From: Podarcis liolepis
Lineage: Eukaryota
Assembly: GCA_965112155.1 (NCBI GenBank)
Contig: OZ218103.1
DNA: 64,000 nt
Reading direction: 5' to 3' (one strand)
Part shown: positions 52,166-63,539 of the stretch, one piece after another
Numbering within the stretch: the first letter of the stretch is position 1
Layout of the letters: every line of letters begins with the position of its first letter
Notes under the pieces: generated by a model
The model's input: only the letters and a program-made list of their open reading frames with translations
Database searches by the model: none
What the model was told of the DNA's origin: nothing
Translations under genes and position numbers: made by a program

Positions 52166-54237
52166 ACTGATTGGTCGGGACTTGCTCCCTGATATTATGG
52201 AAGCTGGCCGTTGAGAATTTTATATTTATCTAATGCTAGGAGTCCGTTTGATGCTATGGTCAGGTCCCTATCCAAACAGCTTCCAATCCAAGACAAAAGT
52301 GATAAAAAAGAACAGTGTTAATATAGTAGCAATGTTGTTGTAATTTAGGAAAGATTTGGAACAAACTACATTTGCTTACATGGGAGAGCAGAATGTTTGT
52401 AAGCATTGTAATAATACACTGGAGTCCCAGAACTGTCTATTTGTCTAACATGAAGAAGAATGACAGACTTAATGGGTTGTTATTCCATTGGGAAAAACCA
52501 AAATGACACTCTATAATCTGAATGGGTTTCACTCCAAATGGGTACATGAGGATTGCTACACTTATAAAAATATGGGCAAATAAATAATTAAAACATCTTT
52601 AGCCAAGCATATAAAAGCACAGGCACCACTCCTGCCAACAGTGTCTCAAAACAGCAAGGCCAGCTACTACCAAAATATTTACTGGCAACAGGGAAAAAAT
52701 GCAAAAATAACAGAAAAGCAACATGTGCCAATTCTTTAAAAGATACTTGTCTTCTACCTCTATAGCACTTTCTACTGAGGCAACAGTCAGGGAAGTCTTC
52801 CTGTAGAGCTGTTTACATTTTAGGGACCTGACAGGCGCCTTATATGCCCAAGTACTGATGTCTGGCAGTACATTTCATGCCAAGACAGAAAAGCTTTTCT
52901 AATGTGGAGTCATTTTGTGAAGACAAAAACCATGATAAAATGGCTCTAAGAGATTTTTTTTATGATTCCACACAAGTTAATATCTCTGAAATGTCTACTA
53001 ACCTATTTTCTAAGCCTATGATATTCACATGTGAATGAATTCTGTTTTTAAATAAACGTTTCTTGGACTGATAGATATTTTCCTAGATCCTTCTCAGTTT
53101 TGTTGTGTATGTTTGATAGGGTGCTGCCAATCATTTTGATTGCTGGTATCAATTGGGACAACACTGATTTATCCTGACTTCATCTCAAGCCATGAAGAAT
53201 CCTAGAAGGAACATACACACACACACTTGCTCCATCAACTCCTTTTAACTCCTTGACCTTAGTGAAGCATATGAGTGGGTGTTGTCAATCACATTGGCTG
53301 TTTTTGTTGTCTTTTACCCTGATTCTTTTCAAAAGTCCTATTTATTTGGATAAATGAGTATACAACCATAGCCTCAACACACTAAACTCAGTGGCATTTA
53401 CTCCTAAGCAAGCATGCATAGTATCAGGCAGCTTGTTATACTAAAACCATGATTATTTTTTTACCAAGTTATGGATGTTTTCAGACAAAGCCTAAGCCAA
53501 ATGACTTCTACCAGATCACATTGAGGATCAAATACCAACTCATGTTTCTTAGTAACCACAGTATTAAGACTGTGGAATACTCTAATTTTACAGGGTATAC
53601 AGCCAAGAAGGGTATCAAAATGACAAAAGTAGTTTAAATTTGGGAGCAGGGAAGAAAGGAGACAAGAAAGAGGATATTTAAAGCTATGTGATTAATGTAG
53701 ATCCCTATGAGGATTATAGGCAAGATTGAGGGGCATATCATGTGAGTAAGTTTTCAGTGTGGTCAAGGGCAGGACAGACTAAGGGGCTAATGCCTGACTG
53801 AGAATTCTCTTAAGAAAGGCTGCTGAGGGCAAGAGGAAAAAGCCCAAGCATTTATTAAGTTCTCTTTTTGCTCTTTGATACACAGATGCCTAGGAAGCAG
53901 GCATGGCTTGTAAACATGGAATTCAATGGAGAAGCTTCACAATGTGATCTGAAATGACAGGCTTGTGAAAAATACTTACTTTTAAAATATGGTAGTTGAT
54001 TTGACTAGCCTACCAACTGAGTTTTAATGCTTATTCATCATATACATGGCATAAATTTAGGTCACAAATTGTACTTATCATTACTTCACATTCTAGCTGT
54101 GATCAAAAATACACATACATCATAATCTTCAGTGTAATCATCTTTGTTTGCAGTATGAATGGCACCTGCTCTTAATACTGCCTTGATGCATAGTGAGCCA
54201 TAGCGGTGGCCTAATACTAAGAAGATAAATCACTCAC

Positions 54238-54329
54238 CTAATGCAGGATACCCTAGATAAAACCTATCTGCTCCCAGCCATCCAAGAAATAAAGACAGAG
54301 CCACTGCTACTTTGTAGGAGTAACCATTT
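54238..54329 (-). CDS. TM2D1: TM2D1 coding exon 4
   Basis: ttctag|NGYSYKVAVALSLFLGWLGADRFYLGYPAL|gtgagt, 92 nt. Contains the DRF motif of the TM2 domain. Confidence 0.96.
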
Positions 54330-54479
54330 CTAGAAACAGGAGAGAAATGTGGGTGAAAACAATTTGTTAAATCAAACCACCTTGCCCCAGTGAGCAATCT
54401 GACCGCTAAATTCTGAACTAGCTGAAGTTTCTGAGCTGTCCTCAGAGGCAGCCCCCCTCCCTATAAAATCTAACCTATA

Positions 54480-55205
54480 TGTTATCAGAGATAGACAACA
54501 GAAGTTAGGCTACCTCTACCAAGATAAGGGTGCATTTGGGCCAGCAGCCGAAGCTGATGGAAGGCACTCCATGCCACTGAGGCCACCTGAGCCTCAAGGA
54601 ACAGCAATGGAAGCTGTTCTACCTGCTCCTTCAGAGAGAGTGTAACCCCATCAAGAGCAGGCAACCTCTCATACATCCAGTCTAAGGAGTCACCCACTTA
54701 GCAGTGTCTAAGTCTCTGGATTGAGCTCCAGTTTCTTGGCTCTCATCCAGTCCATTAACAAGGCAAGACCTTAGTCCAGCATATCCACTGCCACACCTGC
54801 AAATGTAAAGGAGAAGTAGAGCTGTGGGTTCTTAGCATATTGCTCACAACATACTCCAAACCTCTGGACGACCCCACTCAGTAGTTTCATGTATACATTA
54901 AAACAACATGGGGGATAAAATCAAACCCTAAGGACCGCAAAATGAAGCATCCACAGAGCCAAACAACGCTCTCCAAGCATCACCCTCTGAGAACAACCAT
55001 CCAAGTAGGACTGGAACCACCACAAAACAGTGCCACCCACTCACAACGTAGACAGCCACTCCAGAAGGATACCATGGTTGATGGTATTGAAAGTCACTGA
55101 GAAGTAAAGGAGAATAAACAGGGACATATTTTCCCTGTCTCTCCCCTGACAGAGGTAATCATACAAGGCGACCCAAGCAGTTTCTGTGCCAAAACTGGGC
55201 CTGAA
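54480..55205 (-). mobile_element. L2 LINE RT fragment in TM2D1 intron 3
   Basis: Minus strand: FGTETAWV, DFQYHQP/DTI, ILSPMLF.NVYMK, QYAKNPQLY (degenerate YADDTQLY), LDGVTLSLKEQV, AFHQLRLLAQ. Confidence 0.8.
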
Positions 55206-55413
55206 CCTCTTAGATGTGAAGCAGTTTTACTACAATTTCTTAAAACTGACGTGTTACTCCTCTACACTCCTGTCATAGAGCTGAGAAGGAAGAGGGCTAA
55301 ATCACACTTCAGACTAAGGAGGTGGCTGAAGTATATGAACAATTTTATAATTAATTTAGCCAAGCTTTACAACAAGTGGTGGCATTATATATTGAACAAA
55401 AATATTCACTTAC

Positions 55414-55522
55414 ACGTTTCGACACTCTATAGGCTTGTAAAATCCAATTTCCTTTCCAGTAAATTGGGTTTCATTCCCAAAGAAATTCTTGCAAGTAATA
55501 TTTGGTGCTGGAAGACAGCCGA
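55414..55522 (-). CDS. TM2D1: TM2D1 coding exon 3
   Basis: (t)13gcccgcag|VGCLPAPNITCKNFFGNETQFTGKEIGFYKPIECRNV|gtaagt, 109 nt. Confidence 0.95.
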
Positions 55523-56016
55523 CTGCGGGCAAAAAAAAAAAAAGCATTCTGCACTAAACTCCAGGGAAAGGCCTCCAGGGAAAGAACAAGTGAAATAAAT
55601 ATATGCATGTTTTTATCAAGACAGCTAATACTACACATAGAAGAATGCAACTGTACTACAGATTTAATATAAAATATTTTCTGGAAAAAGTGGAAATATA
55701 CAAGTTAAGTTTTCTGAATTAACATTATAAAGTAATGACTAGCATGATAAAATAGTTGAACAAATTTCTTTGCACCTATGACACTAGACTATCAAGGTGC
55801 ATAGAAGGTTGTGGACCAAAGATGTTGACATACCGCTGTAAATAAATACACCAATTATGCATTCAATTATAAATTGTGCCATACGCAGTGTTACTGATCA
55901 CCACTATACATGATCAATATGGGGGTGCGGGAACTAGTGTTTATCATGAACAGCATTTAGTCAAATAATATGCACCAGTAGCTAGACTAAAAGCATTCTA
56001 TTGCCATACTCCTTAC

Positions 56017-56090
56017 CATATGCAGTGTGATTTGTACAGTTCAAAGGTTCTTGTGTTTCATTGTCTATTTTAGGATCTTCACAAATATAT
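56017..56090 (-). CDS. TM2D1: TM2D1 coding exon 2
   Basis: ttccttaattgttcaaAC|(Q)YICEDPKIDNETQEPLNCTNHTAY|gtaagg, 74 nt. Acceptor is AC. Confidence 0.93.
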
Positions 56091-57344
56091 GTTTGAACAA
56101 TTAAGGAAAACAAATATAAACTGAACTCCCATGTTAAGTGTTCAACAATAACAACACAGTAAATTACGATAAAATGTTTTATCTGCCTAAGATTTTACAG
56201 GCGGAAGTGGCCTGTTTTCCTTCTTATTACTAATATTTTGGGTATATAAACATATAAACTTTGCATTTGAAAAACGAAGTGCTTAACTAGGCTTTACAAG
56301 AGACACAGAGTTTCCTGGTATTTATCTATCTCTTCCTAATAATGCGAGACAAACAAAATGGAAGAGATCAGACAATCATATAATGGTTTAAATAAGCCAA
56401 AATCTAAGGAAGATTTTTGCTTATACCCAGACAGCCCTTTATATGAACTATAATTAAACCTATTCAGTATAGTTTCCCATTTTATCCAATCCAGCAAATA
56501 GCAGTTAGCAGTTTCATAACAAATTAAGATGCTATTAAACTATGGTTTAAAAATATGTTATTTAAAACATAGTTTAACATCCTGGCTTTCTTGCTCTGCT
56601 AAAACAATTAAATGTTGTACTTTTATCCACAACAAAATATGACCCAGGAGCCGCAGATAGGCGGCCCAATTGTTTAGAACAGGTGTGGGGAACCTGTGGA
56701 TCTCTAGATGTTGCTAGACCATCCCTGACCACTGGCTGTGCTGGCTGAGGCTAACAGGAGTTGGAGTCCAACAACATCTGAAAAGCCAAACTCTCCATTC
56801 GTGAACTAGACTTTTTTCTGCTTAATTTTATTAGCATTCCTTTAGTCCAACACATCACAGATTCAAATAAAGTGATTGTACTACATGTTACCCCAAAACC
56901 ATTTCAAAGACATATTAGCACAGCGACAGGCAAAAGAGGAGTCACTACTCTTAGCCCTTCCCCTACTTAGGGGGTCCTTTACCTTTTACTTAGGTTAAAT
57001 ATTTTTTCTACACCTGTTCACTGCCTGATGTCAGATAGCCTTGCTTGATGAGGTCACTTCATGAGGTTTAAACATGTATTTCCCCCCATATCTTGCCACT
57101 TTGCAGCTGCCACTTTTTTGTGTATGGCAGAGCTACTGTGCCCCTTAAGACTACAAAAGATTCAACAGGTGTAGCTTCTGCCCAGCATGCAGCTGAAGTG
57201 GTTCGAAGGCCTCACCGGGTGTTTGAAATCGCAGGAGCTCTGCCGGGAAAGGGGGCAGCCCCACGGCCCTCCCCAACCCATTGCAAGGCCCATCACCATG
57301 GCAACCAGGCGCTGCTGGGTGCCCTCTGCACAGCTTCAGGATAT
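56091..57344 (-). other. TM2D1: U12-type (minor spliceosome) AT-AC intron, TM2D1 intron 1
   Basis: 5'ss ATATCCTG (57344-57337), branch site TTCCTTAAT (56108-56100), terminal AC (56092-56091). The join restores G-Q-Y-I-C in frame. Confidence 0.9.
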
Positions 57345-57860
57345 TGGCCGACTCTCAGGTCTTCGCACTTCAGAGAAGAGTCGCCGCCCGCCGCGCCCTG
57401 CGCCGCGAGACAAGCCAAGCACAAGGTTCCCAAGGACCAGAGCGCGATCACGCCGCCTTTTTTCCTCTTGTTCCCTGACAGCGGCATCTCCTGCCAGGCG
57501 GCCATGTTGGAAAACGAGCCCCCTGGTCAGCTGACGTTTTCGCCCTATCTAGTAGCGTCGACGCTTCTCCCGAAGGGCCGGCGGGCCTCGAAATGGGGCG
57601 GAAGAAGCGACGCTGTTCTTTCAGGGAAGCCTTCATTTTCCCATAGCAAAGATGGCTCCCGCCCGCTTTCCTCCCCGGTAAACGGACAGGCGGCGAAATG
57701 GGAAGCCGGGTGCCTTTTGCAAAGATGGATGCTTTTCTAACAAAGCTGCGAGAGGAAGCTCGGCTGCCCTTACTTAAGATGGATCCTTTTGAAGCGCGGA
57801 AACTTGACTAAAGTGTTCAGCCCCATCCCAATCTCAAAACGAAAGCGCGTGCGGTGGTCA
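57200..57860 (-). promoter_or_regulatory. CpG island / promoter of TM2D1
   Basis: High CpG density around exon 1. GC box GGGGCGGAAG at ~57595, TGACG at ~57532, YY1-like ATGGCCGCC over the start codon. Confidence 0.75.
57345..57505 (-). CDS. TM2D1: TM2D1 coding exon 1 (signal peptide region)
   Basis: AACATGG Kozak context; MAAWQEMPLSGNKRKKGGVIALWSLGTLCLACLAAQGAAGGDSSLKCEDLRVG(Q). The six exons sum to 621 nt = 206 aa + stop. Confidence 0.93.
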
Positions 57861-57983
57861 GAGGTTGATAGGATCATAAAATAAAGGTGAATGTAGAGTA
57901 TGAACAAAGGATAAAGCCAAGCTCACAAATTAATGCCTGTGTCATGTTATTTATTCAACTTATATCCCACCCTTCCTCCCGAA

Positions 57984-58120
57984 CAGGGTTTCCCAAACTT
58001 GGGTCTCAAGCTGTTTTTTTGGACTACAACTCCCATCATCCCTGGGCGCTGGTCCTGCTAGTTAGGGATGATGGGAGTTGTAGTCCAAAAACAGCTGGCG
58101 ACCCAGTTTAGGAAACCCTG
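57984..58120. mobile_element. Young hAT-type MITE between the TM2D1 and PATJ promoters
   Basis: TIR CAGGGTTTCC / GGAAACCCTG, nearly perfect internal palindrome, exact 8-bp TSD CTCCCGAA at 57976-57983 and 58121-58128. Confidence 0.9.
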
Positions 58121-58463
58121 CTCCCGAAGAAGCCCAGGGAGGCATAGAATCTCTTCCGATCTCGTTGATAGGTTCCTCTCGCTTCCATCCACAGTCTCAA
58201 CCTCTAAAGGCTGCATAAAATAAAATAAAAAGCTAACGGGGTTCTGGGGTCTTTCACCGAAATTAAGCAGTTTCACACGCACACGCAAAACGGATATTTG
58301 TATATCATAATAAGAAAAAGCTTCACCTGCTGAAAATTTCTGTTAGGTATTTTTTAGGTCCAAAGGGGTGAAGAGGTTCACTGGCAACAGAGATTGGTAA
58401 GCATGCATTTAAATGTTTTAAACTAATTTTATAGAATAGAGAAGAGTATTGTGTGGTAACTAA

Positions 58464-58553
58464 GGTTGCAGTCCTAACCATGTCTATTCAGAAGTAAGCC
58501 CTACTGAATTCAATGGGGCTTTCTCAAAGGTAAGTAAATTTAGGATTGCAACC
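58464..58553. mobile_element. Palindromic MITE (Harbinger-like)
   Basis: GGTTGCAGTCCTAA / TTAGGATTGCAACC termini, central 'aagtaagccctactgaattcaatggggct'. Confidence 0.65.
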
Positions 58554-58999
58554 CCACTTCCCTGCTTCTGGTTTCACTGCCACTGGAGGCTCAGGTGCTA
58601 CGGACCCTTTTAGACCGAGATGACTTGCCACCGTACTCCATGCTCTACCAGATTGGATTGTGTCCATGTGCTCTACCTGGGGTTGCCCTGGTGAAGGGCA
58701 GGTAATAAATAACAGCAAAACAATACTTTGCTAAGAAGATTCTTATAACTAACGTGAACTATCCTGGAGCTGAGAATGCATCTCTGAGACACTTGGTTGC
58801 CTGCAACTTCATTATTTCCTGTCCGTTTAGGAAAAGTTTAAAAACTATTTATCCCGAGTTCTAATAATAAGTAAAAGCCAAATATGACTTGTGTTTGTTT
58901 TTTTCAACTTAAAAAACCCATAAACTGACTCATTTCTTCATGCTTGGGGCTGAGCATATTGCTGGTTTCATAAACAGTTACTGCTAAACCAGCTGGATT

Positions 59000-59630
59000 C
59001 TCTTTCGCCACTGCCGCGTATTCACACGTGTCGGGAATTAATGGCGCGCTGGCGCCTCTCGCTTATCTCCCCTTCATCTTGCTTCTCTTTCACGCCCCCC
59101 TCAACCCCTGGATTATTTCCTTCTATGTCTCTCCCCACTTCTTTATGTGCCTTCCCCGGTGCCTTCACCGCGGCCCTTGGGCTTGTTGGTTCACACCGCG
59201 CGGAAATCAAGTGGGGCGAAACCTCGCCGCCTGCTGCCTGCCGCTCTCTCTGCCTTCCTTCCCCTCCAGATCCGGACTCTCCCGGCGTTGCTTTCCTTGC
59301 CTAAGGCACGGCTCCCCCTTGCTGCCAGCTTCCTGTGTTGCAGGTGAGGCGCGGCTCCAATCCAGGCTCTCGCTTCCGCCCAGGTAAGAGCGAGTGGAAG
59401 ATCCGAAAGAGGCAGCCGTGGCAGAGCTCTCCTCCCTCTGCAGAGACCAGGTAAGAGGGGGTCCAGGAACAGGCAACCCTCTCCTCGCCCCCTGTCATTT
59501 GCGGGAAAGAGAAGCAGCGCGCAGCCGCTGGAAAAGCAACCGGCGGGGCATTTACAGGGCGCCCTCCACTTACTTCCTGGATGTTTCTAAGTTTCGTCGA
59601 AAACACTTGTCGCACTTCGGGCTGGGCTGC
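59000..59630 (+). promoter_or_regulatory. CpG island with probable PATJ promoter and non-coding exon 1
   Basis: CpG-dense, E-box CACGTG at ~59024, ETS-like CTTCC(G/T) motifs. Candidate donors at GT 59344, 59384 and 59451, about 2 kb upstream of the first coding exon. Confidence 0.65.
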
Positions 59631-61416
59631 TTTGCAGAGCCCTGAGCTGGGATTTAAATCTCTGTGGGGTTTGTTCCCAGTTCGTGCTTTCCTTCTAATT
59701 ATCCAAGGCTAAAAATATTTAATAACAACAATAAAAAGATGGAAATTCTATTTTTAACTGCAAGCTTCCACACCTACTGGACTTCCTTGTTTTGGCCGTG
59801 GCGAGGGGTTTTGATTATTGCATGGTGGTGGCCGCTTTGGGAGTTGTCCTGTTTAAAGTTTGAACATAAACAGTTTAAAACCTAAGAAAGGGTGGAGGAG
59901 AAGCGGTGAAAAGCTATTTTCGGCCTGGTTGTAGCTCTCAGTCATGGCGCAACAGGTCCCACACCTTGGCCCCTGACTAGCTGCTGCACCTTGCTTGAGT
60001 AGTTCCTGCCTCTCCATGTCTTTACACAGCCTCTCTGGTGGGGCTTGTGAGGCCACCCACAGGTTGAGAGTGGACACACCTGTACTGACCTCACACCACC
60101 TGTTTCTGAGGTCTAGCAGCCACCTCTGCTGGTGGAATTTGAGCTTTGTGTCTCTCTGAGGACAAGGGGCCCATCTTCCCTGTGCTGCACCACTGTCTAC
60201 AGTGGGCAGTGGCAACAGCACCGACGTTGTCTTTCTACCTCTAGGGCTCAGAGAGTTGCCTGCCGATGGCAGTTGTGTCTCACTCTCCTGACAAAGTGAG
60301 CAAGTGGAGCGGCAAGGAGCCTCCCCCCTTCTCTTTCTTGGTGACCCTTTTTGTGTTGCGCCTTCCTCTAGTTGCCCCTTTCTCTGTGGCTGGTGGCACA
60401 GGGAGGGTTAGGTCCAGCAGGGCTTCCCAGGGTGAGCGCTGCTTCACATCTCCTGTCATTTGTGAACTGCCTTTGGGCAGCTTCGTGGAAGAGACTGGGC
60501 CAAGTGGGTCTGTCCAGAGAGAGAGAGAGAGAACCTAAGCTGTTGCTGCCTCTGCCTGCTCTTGGCAGTAAGCAGATAGGATTGGATGCAGCAGGCATGG
60601 CTCTGCTAAGACATTTGCCGCCTAAGGCAGAACAGCAAAGTGTGCCCTCCCGCAATCCATGCACATAGTAGCCACAGCCAGTTAAGTTTATTTTGCCACT
60701 CAAGGCAGAACAATCCCCAAAACCCCTCTCACCTTCCCTGGCAATAAAATGCAATAGTAATAAATTAAATAATCATATGAAGCCTTTTTGTGACACCCCA
60801 AACCAGCTGCCTAATTCTGCTGCCAATGATAGGGCTGGCTGCTGTAGCACCACTTGGAAGAGTGCCAAAGCAGGGAGGCCAACAGTAATCCAATGTGAAT
60901 TTAAACTCGCATAATGGGAGAATATGGCAGGGGTGTAAATTTTTGAATTTGCTGGGTCCCTTTTATGTTTATGTGTAGCAGGAAGCTAAATAGCCACATG
61001 GATAATTCTTCTCAGCATTGTTTGTGTTATGCTAAATAATAATACATATTGGATAATGCGTATTGTTTTGTGGCTGGGGAATTTTTTTTCTTTTAAATGC
61101 TTTAGGCTGCAATCCTGACCCCTGTTGTCTGGAAGTAAGCCCCACTGAATTCAATAGGACTTGCGTATTAATGGATATGGTTAAGATTGTGCTGTTAGTG
61201 AAGAAACTGTATTTATCACAATAGTAATCCCCCCATGAACTCCAAACATTTTGATTGAATGTGGGATTTTAAAAAGCAGCTTTTGAGAATGGTTACAGGT
61301 ATTATGTGCGTGTGTGACATCTTTGCTCCACAAAGAAACATGTTGACCTCAACTTAACTTGTACTTTTATTTTAAAATGCAGATTATTTTGACTACTGCA
61401 GCACAGATAAGCCAAC

Positions 61417-61438
61417 ATGCCAGAAAATCCTGTTGCAG
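61417..61438 (+). CDS. PATJ: PATJ (InaD-like) first coding exon (exon probably begins at 61383)
   Basis: gccaacATG CCA GAA AAT CCT GTT GCA G|gtaggc = MPENPVA(D), matching the PATJ N-terminus MPENPAxD. Confidence 0.88.
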
Positions 61439-61528
61439 GTAGGCATCTCTGGAAAAGAATCTCTTGGTCAAATAATCAAATATTTCAAAGCAGGTGTTTA
61501 ATGTGTGATGTTTTATGGAATCCCACAG

Positions 61529-61695
61529 ATAAGCAGCAGGTGCTGCGGATTCTGGAGCGTCTGCTATTGAAGCTACACGAGAGAGGAGACACTTCACAGA
61601 TCGATAATCTGGCTTTCCTGTACAATACACTCAAGAACCCCTTGTTTAATCATATGCTGACTCTTCAGCAGTCAATCAAGCAACTGAAAGAACAA
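61529..61695 (+). CDS. PATJ: PATJ coding exon 2, L27 domain
   Basis: cccacag|[56 protein letters not shown]|gtaagt, 167 nt. Confidence 0.95.
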
Positions 61696-62254
61696 GTAAG
61701 TTAAAGACTGTGAAGTTTAGCAATGCTGGTGGTTATGTTTGAGGGATGAATTAATGAAATATTCATCGCTGACAATGTTGTTTTACACTATATATCTGCT
61801 TGGGGTGAATGCTGATCTTTTGTCACTTCTATGGTAAATTTGTCATCATTGTAATCTATCATGGATTTACTAAATCTTTCACTAATTGCCTTCAGACAAT
61901 TACGTTCTATGTCTGGGTTTTCTGCCTCAAGCAGAGGGTTGGATCCTGCCCTGGGCTCCTTTTGCAGGAAGGGTGGGATAGAAATTCAGTAACTAAAATA
62001 GATAATAAACAGATGACCACAAGGCCCGCCCCCCACTCTGTGATTTGTTACTAATATTATACAAAGGTTTAACATCAGAGGCCAAACTTCCGGCTATCGT
62101 GCCTTGAACCTAACATCTGAAGTTTTCCTAGAGGTTTTCCTACATTTGGCCACTCCTGAGATAAATAAGAAGCGCTCAATGCATTGACTCACAAATTAAC
62201 TGGCTGAAGAAACAATTCTTTGTGCAAACAAATGTCTTCCCTTGCTATCTACAG

Positions 62255-62449
62255 CTCGCTTACATGCCTCCAAATCGTTCAGTGGATTTTGATTTTACCA
62301 GGAGAGGTTTGCTGGTGTTCGACGCGGATCAAAATTCTCTTGCTAATGGAAACCTTTATATGACTTGCAACCAAAACAATCAGATGACTCCTCTAGTTCC
62401 AAAGGCTGGAGTTGATGAGTTTAATTTGGCAATCCAGAGGATGGCAAAG
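62255..62449 (+). CDS. PATJ: PATJ coding exon 3
   Basis: ctacag|LAYMPPNRSVDFDFTRRGLLVF…DEFNLAIQRMAK|gtatgg, 195 nt, phase 0/0. Confidence 0.93.
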
Positions 62450-62737
62450 GTATGGCACAACACCATTGGCAGACTAAATATATATTGCTCATCCCATTAA
62501 GTCCAAATGTTTCTGGTTTTAAAGTTTTACATTTGTACAGCAAAGCATGCAAGTGTATTTTTTTTTTGGGGGGGTGCATTATAATTGTATAATGGTAAGT
62601 AATAGAAAGCCCATGTTCTAAGTATTTTTTGAGCAGGTTATTGCCAGACCTTGAATTTGTGGCATTTTCTTCGATTCTTGCATGCATTCAATGTTCTTTT
62701 TGTAAAAACTCAGGAAGTGTGTAGTCATCATCATCAT

Positions 62738-62901
62738 CAGCGCTTTTTTTCTAAAAAAATGTTTAGGTGTACTCTCATTTTGACTCAAGAAAATCACCAT
62801 TTTATAGTTCAAATCGGGAAAAATAAATACAGTAAATTGACAAAATTACAAAGATTGACAAAATGTTTAGGGGTGTGCGTACCCCCAGGAAAAAAGCACT
62901 G
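62738..62901. mobile_element. hAT-type MITE, same terminal family as 30510-30646
   Basis: CAGCGCTTTTT…ctaaaaaaatgtttagg … aaaatgtttagggg…gcgtaccccc…AAAAAGCACTG. Flanks atcatcat / ataataat. Confidence 0.8.
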
Positions 62902-63205
62902 ATAATAATAATATTGATACCCCACCGATCTGGCTGGGTTTCCCCAGCCGCTCTGGGCAGCTTATCTAAAAACATAATAAAAGCATTAAAGAACTCCTGA
63001 TACAGAGCTGCCTTCAGATGTCTTCTAAAAGTTGTGTAATTCTTTATCTTCTTGACATCTGAAGGGTGGGCATTCCACGGGGAGGGCACCACTACTGAGA
63101 AGGTCCTCTGTCTGGTTCCCTGTCACTTTGCTTCTTGCAGTGAGAGAACCAGCGGAAGACCCTCGGTGGAGGACCTCAATGTCCGGGCTAAGCGATAAGG
63201 GTGGG
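62902..63205 (-). mobile_element. L2 LINE 3' end in PATJ intron
   Basis: ORF remnant PSPWNAHPSDVK…FRRHLKAALY (L2 ORF2 C-terminus) plus a tail matching 18866-18950. Confidence 0.75.
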
Positions 63206-63399
63206 GACTAGTTTAGTGGTTAATTCCACTATTCTATGTAAGGTTTTTATTTTGTAATGACATCAAGTTGAAGCCATACATGAAATTTGGTTCTCAATAG
63301 GCTTTGCTTGTTTAGTAGGTTTTTTTTGGGGGGGGGATGTATTTTAAGATAAATGAATAGAATATTGTAAGTTAATTGCTTCTATTTTTCATTTATTAG

Positions 63400-63539
63400 G
63401 GCAGGCAAATAGAAAATATTGCAATAGAGAAGCCATTTAATGGAGGCCTTGGATTTAGTGTGGTTGCTCTTAAAAACCAAAGTCTTGGAGAACCCGGTAT
63501 CTTTGTCAAGGAAGTTCAGCCAGGAAGCATAGCAGCCAG
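63400..63539 (+). CDS. PATJ: PATJ coding exon 4, start of PDZ1
   Basis: atttattag|[46 protein letters not shown](R)|gtgaga, 140 nt, GLGF motif. The gene continues beyond the window. Confidence 0.96.

Noticed and set aside
57093-57740. 215-aa plus-strand ORF overlapping TM2D1 exon 1
   Set aside because: Non-ATG start, antisense to a real exon within a GC-rich island where stops are scarce, and no recognisable domain.
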